The translations under genes and the position numbers were made by a program. Under the pieces are notes generated by a model. That model was not told the DNA's origin. It saw nothing but the letters and a program-made list of their open reading frames with translations, and did no database searches. DNA of 64,000 bases from Sphagnum compactum (lineage: Eukaryota): NCBI GenBank assembly GCA_965153455.1, contig OZ234493.1, positions 34,400,213 to 34,464,212 on the forward strand, given 5' to 3'. The first letter of the stretch is position 1; each line of letters opens with the position of its first letter. This document shows, one piece after another, positions 37,411 through 49,900 of this stretch.

Positions 37411-38748
37411 CAATTTAGTCCCTTGTTCAACATGATTCCAATTGAAAAGGTTTCAACTTTTTTTTGTTTCAAGAACAACATTTTGTTGTTTAACTTAGGA
37501 GTTAATCGTGTAATCAAGTTGGTTCATGACAAAAAGGCAATTTCAAAAGACAAAGGTTCTCCCACTGTACACTTTATTTGCATGCTACATGTAGGTTGAA
37601 GGTTAGTGAATTGGTGCAGGCAATAAGGGGATTGCTCGGGATGGTGAATTGACTCCGTGGGTGTGGCATGAGATGGATGCACCTAAGAAACAATCCAAAG
37701 TAGGTGGCTCAGGCATGTCGGGTATAATCTGCCAGTAAATTCATAGGCTTAGCATTCCTATCTAAAAATCTGGATGATAGTGGAGGCAAGTGTGAAGATT
37801 GAAGAATACAAATGCTTATCTTTGCATGCCCAGCAAGTGGACACTAGTGCTTGCCTGGATTTGCAATGCAAGTTTTCATGATTTTGATCATCTGCTTTGG
37901 ATCTTAATCCTTCCTCTAGAACTTTAGTGCCTAGTCTCTACTGGAAGCTCAATTTTGTTATTGACATTATTTTGCCTCTTCCTTACTTGAACATGGAGCA
38001 TCTAAGCTTATAGATGAACATCACAAAGCATGCAACAGAGTTTAGCATGAGGTGGGCACTTGCACAAGCCTTTCAGAAATTTGCAAACTACCTGAACACA
38101 GCTGGAGAAAGAGCAGGATAATTTGCACCAGGCTACTCAATGTACTCAGAATTGTCCCCTCCATTATATTTACGCGATCTGGGCCATTGTGTACCAATCA
38201 ACTTCTCTGAAACCCATTTGAATAGGCCAGTTCATGGGCCATTGTGCTAATTTACATATCTGATTTTGTAATTCTTGCCAAATTTCAACATTATGACTTC
38301 CATGTCTCTGGCCTACTGGGTAGGTTACTTGCAAGTCCAAGCAGTTTTCAGACATTTACATTCTGGAGAGCTGAATCTAGGCTTACAGAGTTCATGACTT
38401 ACAAGCAAGCTTGTCATGTTTTCATGTTGGCATACTGATTCCATTTGTATGAACAGAGCTTGCCAATGCCTATCATGGGGTTAATAGCCAATGAGATTGT
38501 TGGAAAAACACTTAAGCCTCCATCCGCATCACCTGCACCAAACCATGCTAAGATGTGAGCTGAAATAATGGGAAGTTTGCAACCTTTCTACAGGAAACCA
38601 TCCAAAGTGACCTTTCATACATGAGAACATAACTACCTTGTTCTCAGAGCAGCTACAATTCTACTAGATGAATCTTATACCCCCCCCAATTTGCTGAAGA
38701 AATAAGACAACCTCAGAACGCTGAAGTGAGGAATCTGCCCATCTTGTA

Positions 38749-39819
38749 TCAGCTTCTTTTGGAATTCATCTCCATGCAATTCAGGGGATTCAAGACAGAA
38801 AGTACAGAAGATCCACTGTACCTTAGAAGGGGTGTCTCCAAGGCCCGGAATATTGGTATGGTTGGTCCTACTGAGAGAGCTTTCAGCCTTCTCTCCACAC
38901 TTTGGCCCGATGTTACGAAGAAGAGGCCAGAAAGAATCAAAGTTGTGCCAATCACACTGCCCAACAACCCCCAACAGCAGTGGGCATGGTCCATAAAAGA
39001 CTGAAACATCAGAGAAAAGAGATTTTTGTAAGGGAAAAAAGGTATGTATAAATCTTCTCAAATTTGAAGACCTGCTAGTCACACACCTGTTCACTGACTT
39101 GCAAAAACATGGAAGCTCCCTTGTATGCATGATTGCCTACCACAAGTATTATCAAGAGATAAATTATCACATATCAAAGTTGAGGGAAAGTACCAGCCTA
39201 GAAAAAGAGATTCACCAAGAATGAAAGTCCTGAATATTGATGATAGCATAGGCATCACTGGGGCATATGATGCCACAAAAATTGGTCCCCGATTATGAAC
39301 AGACCAACATTTCAGCACATTGTTTATGCTGGTTATTATCAGGCCCTGCAATTCACTTCCAGACTTTCATTTAGGAAAATTCCACCAAATGGTGTACGTG
39401 AAAGAACTGTGTTAGTTAGAACATTTCAATGACATATGGTCTCATATCAGCTTTATTCCACCCATTTGTTACTGAAGAATCCTATTAGTTTTCACTACCC
39501 CAACAATCCTGCCAGTCTAATCAAAGTGCTGGAACTATGAAACAAGAAGCAAATTGGCTGGATCATTCTATCAGCCGAAATGGAAACATGGTAATGAACT
39601 CTAAATTTGTGAAACACAAAGTAGCAAACATTGGATAATGGTTTGGAAAGGGAGATACCCCATAAGCAGCAGCCAGAAACTCTGATACATGATGGAAACC
39701 GCATTCTGATTGTTCTTGGACTGTGTAATAACATATAATAACCATCAATAGGAACCCTGTATAAGTGTCATCCCTGCTATGACAGTTATTGGTGCTGGAA
39801 ATCTAGCCATAATTGCACC
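38749..39819 (-). pseudogene. WAT1-related / UMAMIT (nodulin MtN21, EamA) transporter pseudogene, 3' three exons only (39819-39659, 39345-39194, 38956-38749)
   Basis: Translates to GAIMARFPAPITVIAGMTLI-[frameshift near 39760]-GFLLMVIIC...EFLAAAYG|GLIITSINNVLKCWSVHNRGPIFVASYAPVMPMLSSIFRTFILGESLFLG|CVIGTTLILSGLFFVTSGQSVERR...ETPLL. Uncorrected, the first exon hits TGA. No recognisable 5' exons were found. Confidence 0.75.
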
Positions 39820-40114
39820 CTGGCATGATCACAATTTCTCATCAGAGGCAACAATTTTGCCTGTGTTGATCAGAAGAAAACCAGCAATCCTTGGCCATGA
39901 AACACAATGTACACTAATTAAGCAAGTTTCCTAAGACCAAGGAGGATACTTACAACTCTCTGCACATTACTAATAGTTTGCTCATGTAGTGCTCACTTTC
40001 ATGCTCAAAAATCACGGGCCATATGAGTTTACTGTCAGAATTTGAGTCCCAACTTTAGACCTAATATGACCACTTCGGTGTGCAGAAAATCACAATATAA
40101 TCAGTTGCTCATTT

Positions 40115-40450
40115 GAGTTGTTTACTGTTTTTTACTGTTTATTGTTTACAATTTTACGTCCGTTTGGGACCAGAGAGTCCATTAGATGAAAAGTAGATCA
40201 TGGAGGACAGATTGTCCTCTGGTACTGGCAGCATGCCACACACTTGGCCAGGGCGATCGTGTTTGTAGTCTGCATGAGCTCAGCAAGAGTGCTAGTGTGG
40301 GTGAGGGGCAGGGCCAAACAAAAGCGTTCCTTAACTTTTTGTGTATTTGGACAAACAAGAAGCAAGTGCTCTTCATCCTCAACCTTCCCCAAATCGTAGC
40401 CTCGACAAAACCTCTTTGCGAATGACACGCCCTTCCACGCACCTAGCACT
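40115..40450 (-). mobile_element. 5'-truncated LINE 3' end (ORF2 C-terminal zinc knuckle plus short-repeat tail)
   Basis: RFCRGYDLGKVEDEEHLLLVCP resembles the C-x2-C...E-D-x-x-H-x4-CP knuckle. It is followed by a stop and a repetitive AAACAGTAAA tail. Confidence 0.7.
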
Positions 40451-41856
40451 ACCTTAATCTTAAAAGCTTAATCTGTCAAAATCATTAAATTTTATGGTGT
40501 TTCTTTTTTGTGCCAGTCTCTTGTACTGGTATTGGATACTTTTAAAAACGTTCTTACCAGTCCTGGTATTAGGTCCAACACTGACTTTTGGCTTGTATGA
40601 GGCAGGTATATATACCTGATACTGAGATTGATATAAAACTGGTAGAAAACTGGTATTCTCTCAACTACCTTTCCAGTTCATATTGGTATAAGGTTGGTAT
40701 TTGCCTTCACAGCAGACTGGTTAGGGTCCTTGCTACCAAATGTTGATAGTTGAAACCAGTGTTGACAGGTTCTTGGATTTTAAGTTTTATAAAATCAGAG
40801 GTTTAGGTTTAAGTTCTTGTGACTTGGAGCTGAACAACCTCCTTTCTACAAGGAAACAGCATTAGGATCAGACCTTGGAACTAGCCTTTTGCAATAGCTG
40901 AAACCCAATCAGATTCATGAATAATTTTTTTTTTCAAAACAGGATCAGGTTGTTTAAGAAAGAAAGATGAACTTTATTGAAAAGTTAGCAAACTATTAAG
41001 AGGCTGAATTTTGTGGGCAGATAATCTGGTCTAATTGACGATAAAACTTGGTACCTTCAACAAATCCAAGTTTTTAATTTTATTGTAAAAATTTCATTCC
41101 TATACAATTTTAAACCTTGGATGATAGTGTGTACTGTGTACATGGAACCAGATCCTATTCTTAAAATAGTCTTGGAGGTTCTTGAATTTGAAAAATAATG
41201 CCAAAGCCAAAATCATATGGGTTTTGAAAATTGAAGATACCGGGCTCAAACATGGACTCAAAAGAAGTGAGAAAAACAACTTTAAGTATCAAAACCAGGA
41301 TCAGCTCTAAGTTCTTTGGAAAGCCAAGAACTGGACAACACAGGCTGATACCAAGATAATTCTGGGGGCAGCATTCATCATCCATTCCTTGCTACCCATT
41401 CATTCGATAAATTTTGTGCCAAGTTTTGAACACTGGGAATATTTTAGCCTCATGAATCGTGCAGGCTTTACACACAAAGAGCGCAAGAATTTCAACTCTG
41501 CAGAACTCCTGCAAGTGAACTACAAAAAAAGCCCACAAGCTAAGGTCAAGAAATTACACTTAATCAACTCATTCATGGGTGAATGCATAGGAATGTGGAT
41601 CCAAATGAGACAAAGAAAAACATCCTCATAAGTCCCATCTCCTTTGTATTTTTTCAACTAGTCAGCTAACTAGCTAGCTGGTTGTATAGGCGTTCTATAC
41701 ACTGATTCTAGGGACCTAAACTAATTCTTTCTTGTTATGTAAATTTTTTTTGTATGTACAAGCTTCTGCCCTGGCTCAAGGCTTCATCAAAAGCCAGCTA
41801 ATTTTGCAGCAGCTTGGGAGAGGAGAATATTCTGATGAGAGATTTTCTTAATGCTA

Positions 41857-43570
41857 CTAATTGCTCCTTGGAGGATGGTTTTGTGGGTCCTTATAGTCGC
41901 CAAAGAAATCATTGGAATGAGTATGAGGAAATGCAGCTGCTGGTGCGGAATAATATTTGGATTGATCAGCTCCTGCAGGTATAAGCTTTCGCCTTGCAAT
42001 CCACCTCCGTTGTTGTCGTCGGCGAAGTCTCATTTGAAGCTGATGGGTTGCAACAGCAGCAGCAGCAGCATCTGGAGACATGACCAAAGTTCTGATTTCA
42101 TGATCTGTTGATCTAACCGTCAGTAGTTGCATTTGGTTCCACCACCTGATCTCCCAAAGGAACTGCAAAACTCGATGCATTGACGCTGCAGCAGCAGCTG
42201 TAATAATCTCCTGCAATGTCATTCCCTTTTCATTGCCACCAGCTGCTGCTGCAACCGGATGGTGAAGAACCTCCTGCTGCTGCTGCTGCTGGGAGCGACG
42301 ATGCTGCAGCAGTAGTAGCAGCTCAGTCACATATTGCCGCCACATGCTCCCCCACGTTCGATGTCTGTTGGAGCTGGGCTGATCATCATGTATTACTGCT
42401 GCATTTCTGACACTAATATTTGTGTGCAGCAGGCGTCGGCCTCCTGAGCCTCCTGAGCGTTGTTGTTGCGAATCATGATCTATTATAACTACTGGTGATC
42501 CATGATCTTCAGCTTCCAGCAGCTGCGCCTGCACTGCTAGTTTCATGGAATTCTTTTCAGTTGAGTCTTGTTTTCTGTCTATCTGCGGCCAAGACCCACA
42601 ACAAAATCCACCGACATTTGGTTAGAGATAATCCAGGTATCTCTTCTGGGTGGTTCCTAGAGGAGCCCAGCCTGCATCGACCCAATTTTGAGAGCTCTCA
42701 TATCATGCGGGTGCTAAAATCTCAGTAGATTATGAACCCTGAGCCTTCGAATCTTTTAGTTCGCATTCCAGTTATTTGAAGATTGCACCGTCCATTCATG
42801 ACCAACAGGTGTGGCTGCAAGTCAACATCTTGTGTTTCAAGTTCTGGAATCAAAACACAGGATATATAAAAACTGTGGTTCGAATTCTTTATATATACCT
42901 CCGATTTTGTTGTTGGATTTGATGCATCTGGGTGATCTTGCACTGCCGCCTTTTGGGTGGTGATGAGTGCTGCAGCCTGCTGAATATACTCCTTTGTAAC
43001 GTCGATGACGACATTGCTGTCATGCTTTTCTCCTGAAACATCATGAGAACAAATCAAGACCTTGCAGACATCAGCAGCAGAATAACAAAGCTCTTCCAAA
43101 GTTGTTGTAACTAGTTTGGGTCTGATTATAACGCAAGATCGATCTTCACCTGGGTTTCACAACATTCAAGACTGCGATCTTATACAATGATCCTGATGAA
43201 CACGAATCCATGAGCTTGCAGAAAACAAAGTCCAAACTTATAGCTATGCATTCTTTTCTCAAGCTGGTATATATAATTCACGAACTCGAATGTGTGAAGG
43301 TGTTCTAGACCACTTCTAGTCTCCATCTATATGCGGAAACAGCTACTACGAGCAAGCAAAATTGACAATATGTGCACCGGGCGACCCGGGATTACCGGGA
43401 GGTAGATAGCTGGCGGAAGTGCAACGGAGTTGTTGGAGCAAGACGATCGACAGAGATACAGTGATCATGGCGCACCAGTATAATATTGCAGTGCAGGCTG
43501 GTGATGGAGCTGTACACCACAAGCTGCTGCTTCCTACTGGAGCTATTCTCTTCCCCACAGAGAGTACCAT
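41857..43570 (-). CDS. RGF/GOLVEN/CLEL-family sulfated peptide hormone precursor, about 344 aa (310 aa from the second ATG at 43468); exons 43570-43396, 43032-42899, 42582-41857
   Basis: The last 13 residues before the stop are DYKDPQNHPPRSN (41898-41860), matching the RGF consensus DY-x-x-P-x-x-HPP-x-x-N (Arabidopsis RGF1 DYSNPGHHPPRHN). Exon 1 has a signal-peptide-like MITVSLSIVLLQQLRCTSA. The pro-region is low-complexity with RRLL and RRKL sites, and both GT..AG introns are in phase. Confidence 0.85.
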
Positions 43571-46500
43571 TCTCACAGCTGCTTTTGCATAGCTGCTACT
43601 GCAAGTTTGATTCTCCAGCTGCTGCCTCTTGTTCTCTTCGTCGAGCTCCGTCTCGCTAATTACTTCTGCAGTTCATGGAATCGATATTCTGTAGCACGTT
43701 CTGGATCTGGTCATAGACGAGCATGAAAGTAGTATCTAACGCAGATTGACGGATGCACTAGGAAAAGCACTAAATGGGTTCTAAAATATAAATAAACTGG
43801 CCAGAGACAGCAGCTAATTCTAATACAACCTCATCACTAGCAACAAGGACCTCTCAGGAATAATTATTAGAGTAGTTAGAATCGGAGAAAAAAACACTCA
43901 CAAATGAACACATGAACTTGCAACACTAGAGATCTTCAGTACATGAGTAATTGCAAAATTGGGAATCAGTCTAAACAACTAGACTAGCTGATGATTAGAA
44001 CTTCAATGGTGCACAAGCAGCTTATAGAAGGATTGACGTTGTCTAGATGTCATGTGTTATATGATCTTGAGCTGCTGCTTGATCAGCCACCTGCTTGTTT
44101 GAACACTACGTTACTACACTGGCGTCTGGAGGACGTCGAGGAAACGTTGCAGATTGAAACTGGTGATCAAGACTACTTCATGAGCAAGACTCCAAAGAAA
44201 TACAAGGAAGAAGAAAAGATATATAGCAGCTCTAGCTAGCTAGCTAGCACGGTGCTTCTAGCTAGATGAGTAGCGGGCGTACGTGTCATGTACTGGCGCA
44301 TTCATGAGGTGCAGAATTAGAGAAAGTCATGAGGGGGGGGGGGGACAACAAGAGATGCAACAGATGGTTTTCTGATCTGCAGCTGCAGTATGCACGCCTG
44401 CATACTACTACTACTACAACAGCTTCTGATGATCAGTACTGTTACATAATATGTATGTATGTATGTATGTCTGTATATGCGACAATACTAGAAACCAAGA
44501 CTGCAAAACAGCAGCTAGCCCCATCGATCAGGCAGGCAGGCAGGCAACCAACACTAGTAACTCAATTGATCATGAGCTCTATCTTGATGATCACCTGCTT
44601 CTAGCTAGCTGTAGATTATACAAGTTCCTGCAAGCTTATTTATGTCTAGGCTGCGGTTTGGCCTAGTCTCCTCCTCCTCCTCCTCCTCCTCAGGCTGAGC
44701 AGCAGCTAGCTGCACTCATACAGTGCTCATGATCGACGATGTTTGCAATCAATGTTTCTTTCTTTTTTCTTCTCTCTCTCACTTTGCGAAAGTTTGCTTG
44801 CAGCGTGGTGACAAAAAGAAAATCCAGTGCCAAGGATCCAAAGGGGTTTTTTCTTTATGGGGAAAAATGGGTCAAAGTCACCAAACTTTGACAATGAGTT
44901 CTTGGAGGTTTGCCAAAACTAAGATAAATTCTTAAATTGTTTTTGACTTTCCTCTCTGACTTCTTGCCAAATCCAGTGCTTAGGATATACAAAGGGTATT
45001 TTTTTGGGAAACAAAATGGTGCCAAAGTAACCAAATCTAAACGATGAGTTCCTGGACGTTGCCAAAACAACTTAGCAGGATTCGTAATTCTTTTTACTTT
45101 CCTCTCTGCTGACCTCTAGCCAAATTTGGCATTTGGCTCATTCCTCTTGAGGAGGATCGCCAATCCACCTACTCCACAAAATCCAAGGAAAAAAAAAACC
45201 CCTTGGATTGATCTACTACTACCAGCTGGTACTGTAGCTGAATAAAACTCAACCTTTGTAGCTGCTTCTGCATCATCAGCATCCTCTAGCTAGCTAAGAG
45301 GCGGACTTTTTCTTTGTTTCTAAATTAAAATTTTAGCTGTGATCATATTCTATCTCTTTCTTTCTTTGGTTGGTTTTTTGCCTCCCCCAGCTGGGCATGA
45401 GAAAAAACAAGCTAGGCTTCGGGATCTGCACCAAAGTTTGGTGTGAGTGGTGACACTGGGGTCATCTGCAAGCAGGCTGCCATATGTCTTGGGAGCAGCA
45501 GCTGCAGCCGCGCCATATCTGCTTCTGACATGCACCATGTTATACCATTTGTATACCAATTTTCTTTAGTACTAAATTCTCCCCCAGTGCACATTCATCC
45601 TTAAATTGGGTCTTCTTTTCCCATTTCGAGAGTTGTTGCCTAGTCTCTGCCCTCTTTGGGATAAATTTCGCAATAAAATTTTCAAAAACAAACCGACCCA
45701 TCACTCACTCAAAAGCAACGACATCAAGACTTGTACTTCCTTCTTCTTCATAATGGACCCCACAAGTTGTGCATGAATCTTCAAAAGTCTAGTCTAGAAA
45801 TCTAGATTGCCCCCCTTGAATGCAATTATTCCTGGGAAAATTAGAAATTAACAAGAATTGCTTGCCACAAATGCCTTACAAGCACGGTTTTTTTTTCTTC
45901 ACAAGAAGAATTAGCTAAATTTGGCTACAGATTGCAGAGAGTCAAGTAATAACATTTCTAAATCCTGCTATATTTTTTGGGGAGGTGCTGGAGCCAGTAG
46001 TTGTGTTTCAAATTTCAGATGTTGCATCATTGACTAGCTCCACCCCAAGAGATATTTAGCATTAAATTGTGACAGCCTTTTTCGAAAAAACAAATCTGTC
46101 TTCACAGTAAAAGAAACTAGTTTAAAAACTGCTAAACCAAAGTAAAAGTGGAGATCCAAATGTGGTGAAATTTCTTTTCTAAAAACAAAACAAATACATT
46201 CTCGAAACTTGACAATTTTTTCAGAAAAAACCAGAATATTTCAACAGACTATTTATTTGCGGAACCTATTGTCTAAATATGGTGATTCCGGAGTTTTTTG
46301 TCCTTCAAAATCTGGTGACTTTGCTGCATCTTTTTCACAAAATTCCTTTGTATCAATGGCACTGGATTATTTTTTTTGGTCATCAATGGCAAAACTTCAG
46401 CCCAAAGAAAACCAACTCCTCTGCTATTTATTAGCATTAAAACAGAGACTACCTAATAAAAAATCATCACTGCAAGATCAAAAGTGAGCCATTTTACTTT

Positions 46501-46656
46501 ACTTTGCATCCACCCTATTGTTTAGGAAAACAATATAATTTACCTGCCAAACTTAAATTAGTCATGTAATTTGTTGTGTGATGATGATGGCTAATCAAAG
46601 AAAGATTTGGGTTGTTGCATGAATCTCCAAGAGCCCAGATCTATGTAGATTGCAAC

Positions 46657-46953
46657 CAGGGTTTTTTTAAAAGCATTTTGTGATGTAGCCAAAGTGGTCA
46701 TGGTCATCCAGAAAAGAATTTAGCCAAATGTCTACATACTAGATATGAAAGTAGAAAAAAAACACAGAATCCTCCTATATATTCTTGGCTGCCTACTGAA
46801 ACTTATCATAACAATGTGGCAATTTGGAATTTTTTCTTTCAAATCTGGCGAATTTGGGTCTTTTTTTTCTCATGAAAAAACCCCATTTGTATAGGCTGCA
46901 ATCAAAATTTCTGGTTGAAATTTGATGAATTTTTTCCCAAAAAAAAGACATTG
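46657..46953. mobile_element. Non-autonomous hAT-type MITE (297 bp)
   Basis: 8-bp TSD ATTGCAAC (46649-46656 and 46954-46961) and degenerate CAG(G/T)GTTTTT-type TIRs. Carries the TAGCCAAA(TTTGGCTA) motif shared with other copies in the window. Confidence 0.75.
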
Positions 46954-49900
46954 ATTGCAACCCTTATGGAAAGTAATTAACAACAAAATATTTTACATTA
47001 AGATAACCAGTAGTGAATGTGGTGTTATTGATGTTTATTATTTATTTTAATACACCTTCATTAACCATAATTTCAATGAAATTAAGGCTTAAAGAGAGTG
47101 TGACTTCTTCAAGGAAAACTTGAATGTGTGTGATGATTAGAATGGCTATATGATCAAAGCATTTGTGTGTAATGTGTGTGATTAAGTAGCATGGGTAATT
47201 AAGTTCTAGTTAATACTATTTATCGTGCCAGCCATAGGTACGCACAAATGGACAGTAACGCACAAGACTTCAAATATTAGTTCAAATTTATTCTTTGCCC
47301 TTGGGAACATTAGCATTCATAATACCAGCATTAGAAACACTATTCATGCATGCCTGCCAAATATGTGGGAATTTTACAACTCTTACAGTTGTTTCCCTTT
47401 ACACAACTGAACCTTTTTTTTTGGGGGGTCCAATCACCTCACTCTCTAGTGCACCTAGCAACTCCCACAAAAGAAAAAGAGTCACCATTGTGCTTCACTT
47501 CTTCTGTGTCGCATACTCCATTCAACAAGGTCAGTCGTTTCGGTTGTGGACAATTTTTGTTTCTCATATATATACATGTACATAATATTTACATGTTGCC
47601 CACTACTTGTTTCTGCACAAGTCTGGAGAGCCAAAAGTCAATACCTACTGGTAACGTAGACCAGCTTTCCATAATTATGTCATAGTTTTTTTGCAAAACA
47701 AACATTTTATTTATTTGTTGGATAGAAAGGTGTTTTTGCCCATATGTCTGTTCAGTGTGGTTCAGTTCCCCTCTGTTTGCAAAGGTTAATGGGGACCATG
47801 TCAAGATTGTGGACCATTCTAATGGGGAGAGAGATAGGAGGACCCAAAAGAGGAAATTGCAAAATACTAGATGTCAGTTTTCAAACCCATCTTTTGCAGC
47901 ATTAGCATGTGCAGTCGCTTACTTATTTGGAATTGCTACAAAATCCAACTCTTTGCTGCTGGCAATTTTATTATTATATTTTTACTTTGTTTATTCACAA
48001 TTTAATTATTGGTGTTATTTTGTGGGGACCAAAGCATAGAAAGGCTTTTGACAATTTGTCTCAGGCTTTCTAGGCTCACAACCATGATCTCAAAGGCTTT
48101 CTTCCAAGCATGTAGGTGGCCCTTCCTTATATATACGTGCACATGTTGCTAAAATAGGAAGCAGAAGAAACCCACCACTATTATGTTATGCTTCACTACA
48201 CTGACATAACCTAACACTCTGTATGTTGTCCAGAAGAGCCTTCCAAAGGTTGCTATGTTTTTTTGTATGTAATAACTTGCTGTACTTTGGCAAGGTGAGG
48301 TGATGGGTGGGGGAGCACTTGTTATGCTCCAATCCTTGCTAAAACCGTGCAGTCCTATTCTTCGTCTTCTTCTTCTTTTCCCATTAGGTCAGGGAATCAA
48401 GCAAGTTGAGTCTGTCTGGTAGTTCAGTGAGCTCCCTGAGCCTGGATAAGTTACTTAGGGCAGGCAAAGCAATTGAATTTTGGAGTCACTTGGTGCAAAG
48501 GAATCATCAGCATGTGTATGGGCATTGGGGCCTGTCATGCAGTTGACTGACTCATTGCTTCATTGCTCCAGTGTTCGAGACAAATGTCAAAGTATTACAA
48601 AAGTCTACCACACAAAAAGATTCATCAGTAGACTACTTTCACATCTCTCCCCCGCTACAACAAGTGGTGTCTTGTTACATCAACTGATTTCTCTATATTT
48701 TAAGTGAATTCACTAATCTCAATAAACAGGGACTAGTTGAAAATAGTGAATTCGTTACTCTAATTAACGGGGACTAATGAATTGCACCCACGTTTTCTAG
48801 TACCTCCAACGAACAAAGAAACCAATGAATTGCACCCACATTTTGTAGTACCCTCAACAATCAAAGAAACCAATTGTTTTTGAGAGGATTTTCAGTGTAG
48901 CCAAAGTGGCAATATGCCATACAAAGCTGTAGAAAAAGTGATGATCATCTCTAGGAAGATTTAGCCAAATTTTTAATCATCTTTCTATACTTTTTGCTAC
49001 AAGTTGTAGAAATCTAGTTTTTCTTTTTTCTCCCACTTGGAGATTGAGACTTTAAAACATAATCACTTCATATTTGAATTTTTGAGTTTTTCTTTTTCTT
49101 TTGGCAATTTTTTGCTAGTAAAAGGAAGGTTCTACAATAAATTAACCTCAGTTTTGTATTGTTTGAGTAGTGCAATCAACGTGCAAAAATCACTAATCAA
49201 AACCTTACAAAATTTTGGGTTTCAAGGTCGCATCACAAACTTGCCCTCTCCATGTTGTTGTGCTTTTTACAACACTTCAATAATGTATTTAAATGAACAC
49301 ATTGTTAAATATTGTAAAAGCACAAATGCATGGAGGGGGCAAGTTTGAGATGCAGAGTGAACCAACAGCCACAAGCTCATCATTAAGGTCCAGGGTGACA
49401 CATTATCATGGTACCTTGGCAGCTTTGACACTAATTATATTATTTTCAGAAATGTTAAAATTTTCACACAAAAAAATTCAAAGAACAAAATCTTGTGAAG
49501 GAAACAATTGGATTTTCAGGTATACTCTATTTGTTGAAATGAAAATTTCAAAGTAAATTAATTATTCAACAAACATATGTCAAAGTTGCCAAGGTACTAC
49601 AGTATATCATTTTCTTGACCACAATATATGACATAATCTTGAAGTGACAACCATACACTTCTACTAGTGACCAAAATATCTATTGAACATGAATTTTTCT
49701 TTAAATAGTTGAATCTGCTTCTTGAGCCCTTAATGTGCTCATCCCTGATGTTGGGTGCATCTCCTAGATCGTCCTAACAGGCTCACCTGATGCCTAACCC
49801 AACATAATGAGGGTAGGAACCCCCAAACATTATTTGTGCATATAGTGGGCATTGCAAGTAGCCTCTTTTTTCCCTTGTCTGCCTTGGGCCGATGGCTGAT

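Noticed and set aside
37600-38660. Moderately GC-rich stretch with possible exon-like pieces
   Set aside because: No frame gave a recognisable protein or a consistent splice chain.
48385-48445. Possible miRNA hairpin (AGGTCAGGGA...TCCCTGAGCCT), faintly like miR408/miR319 arms
   Set aside because: Only about 10 bp pair, the inner arms do not pair, and there is no match to a mature miRNA I can recall.
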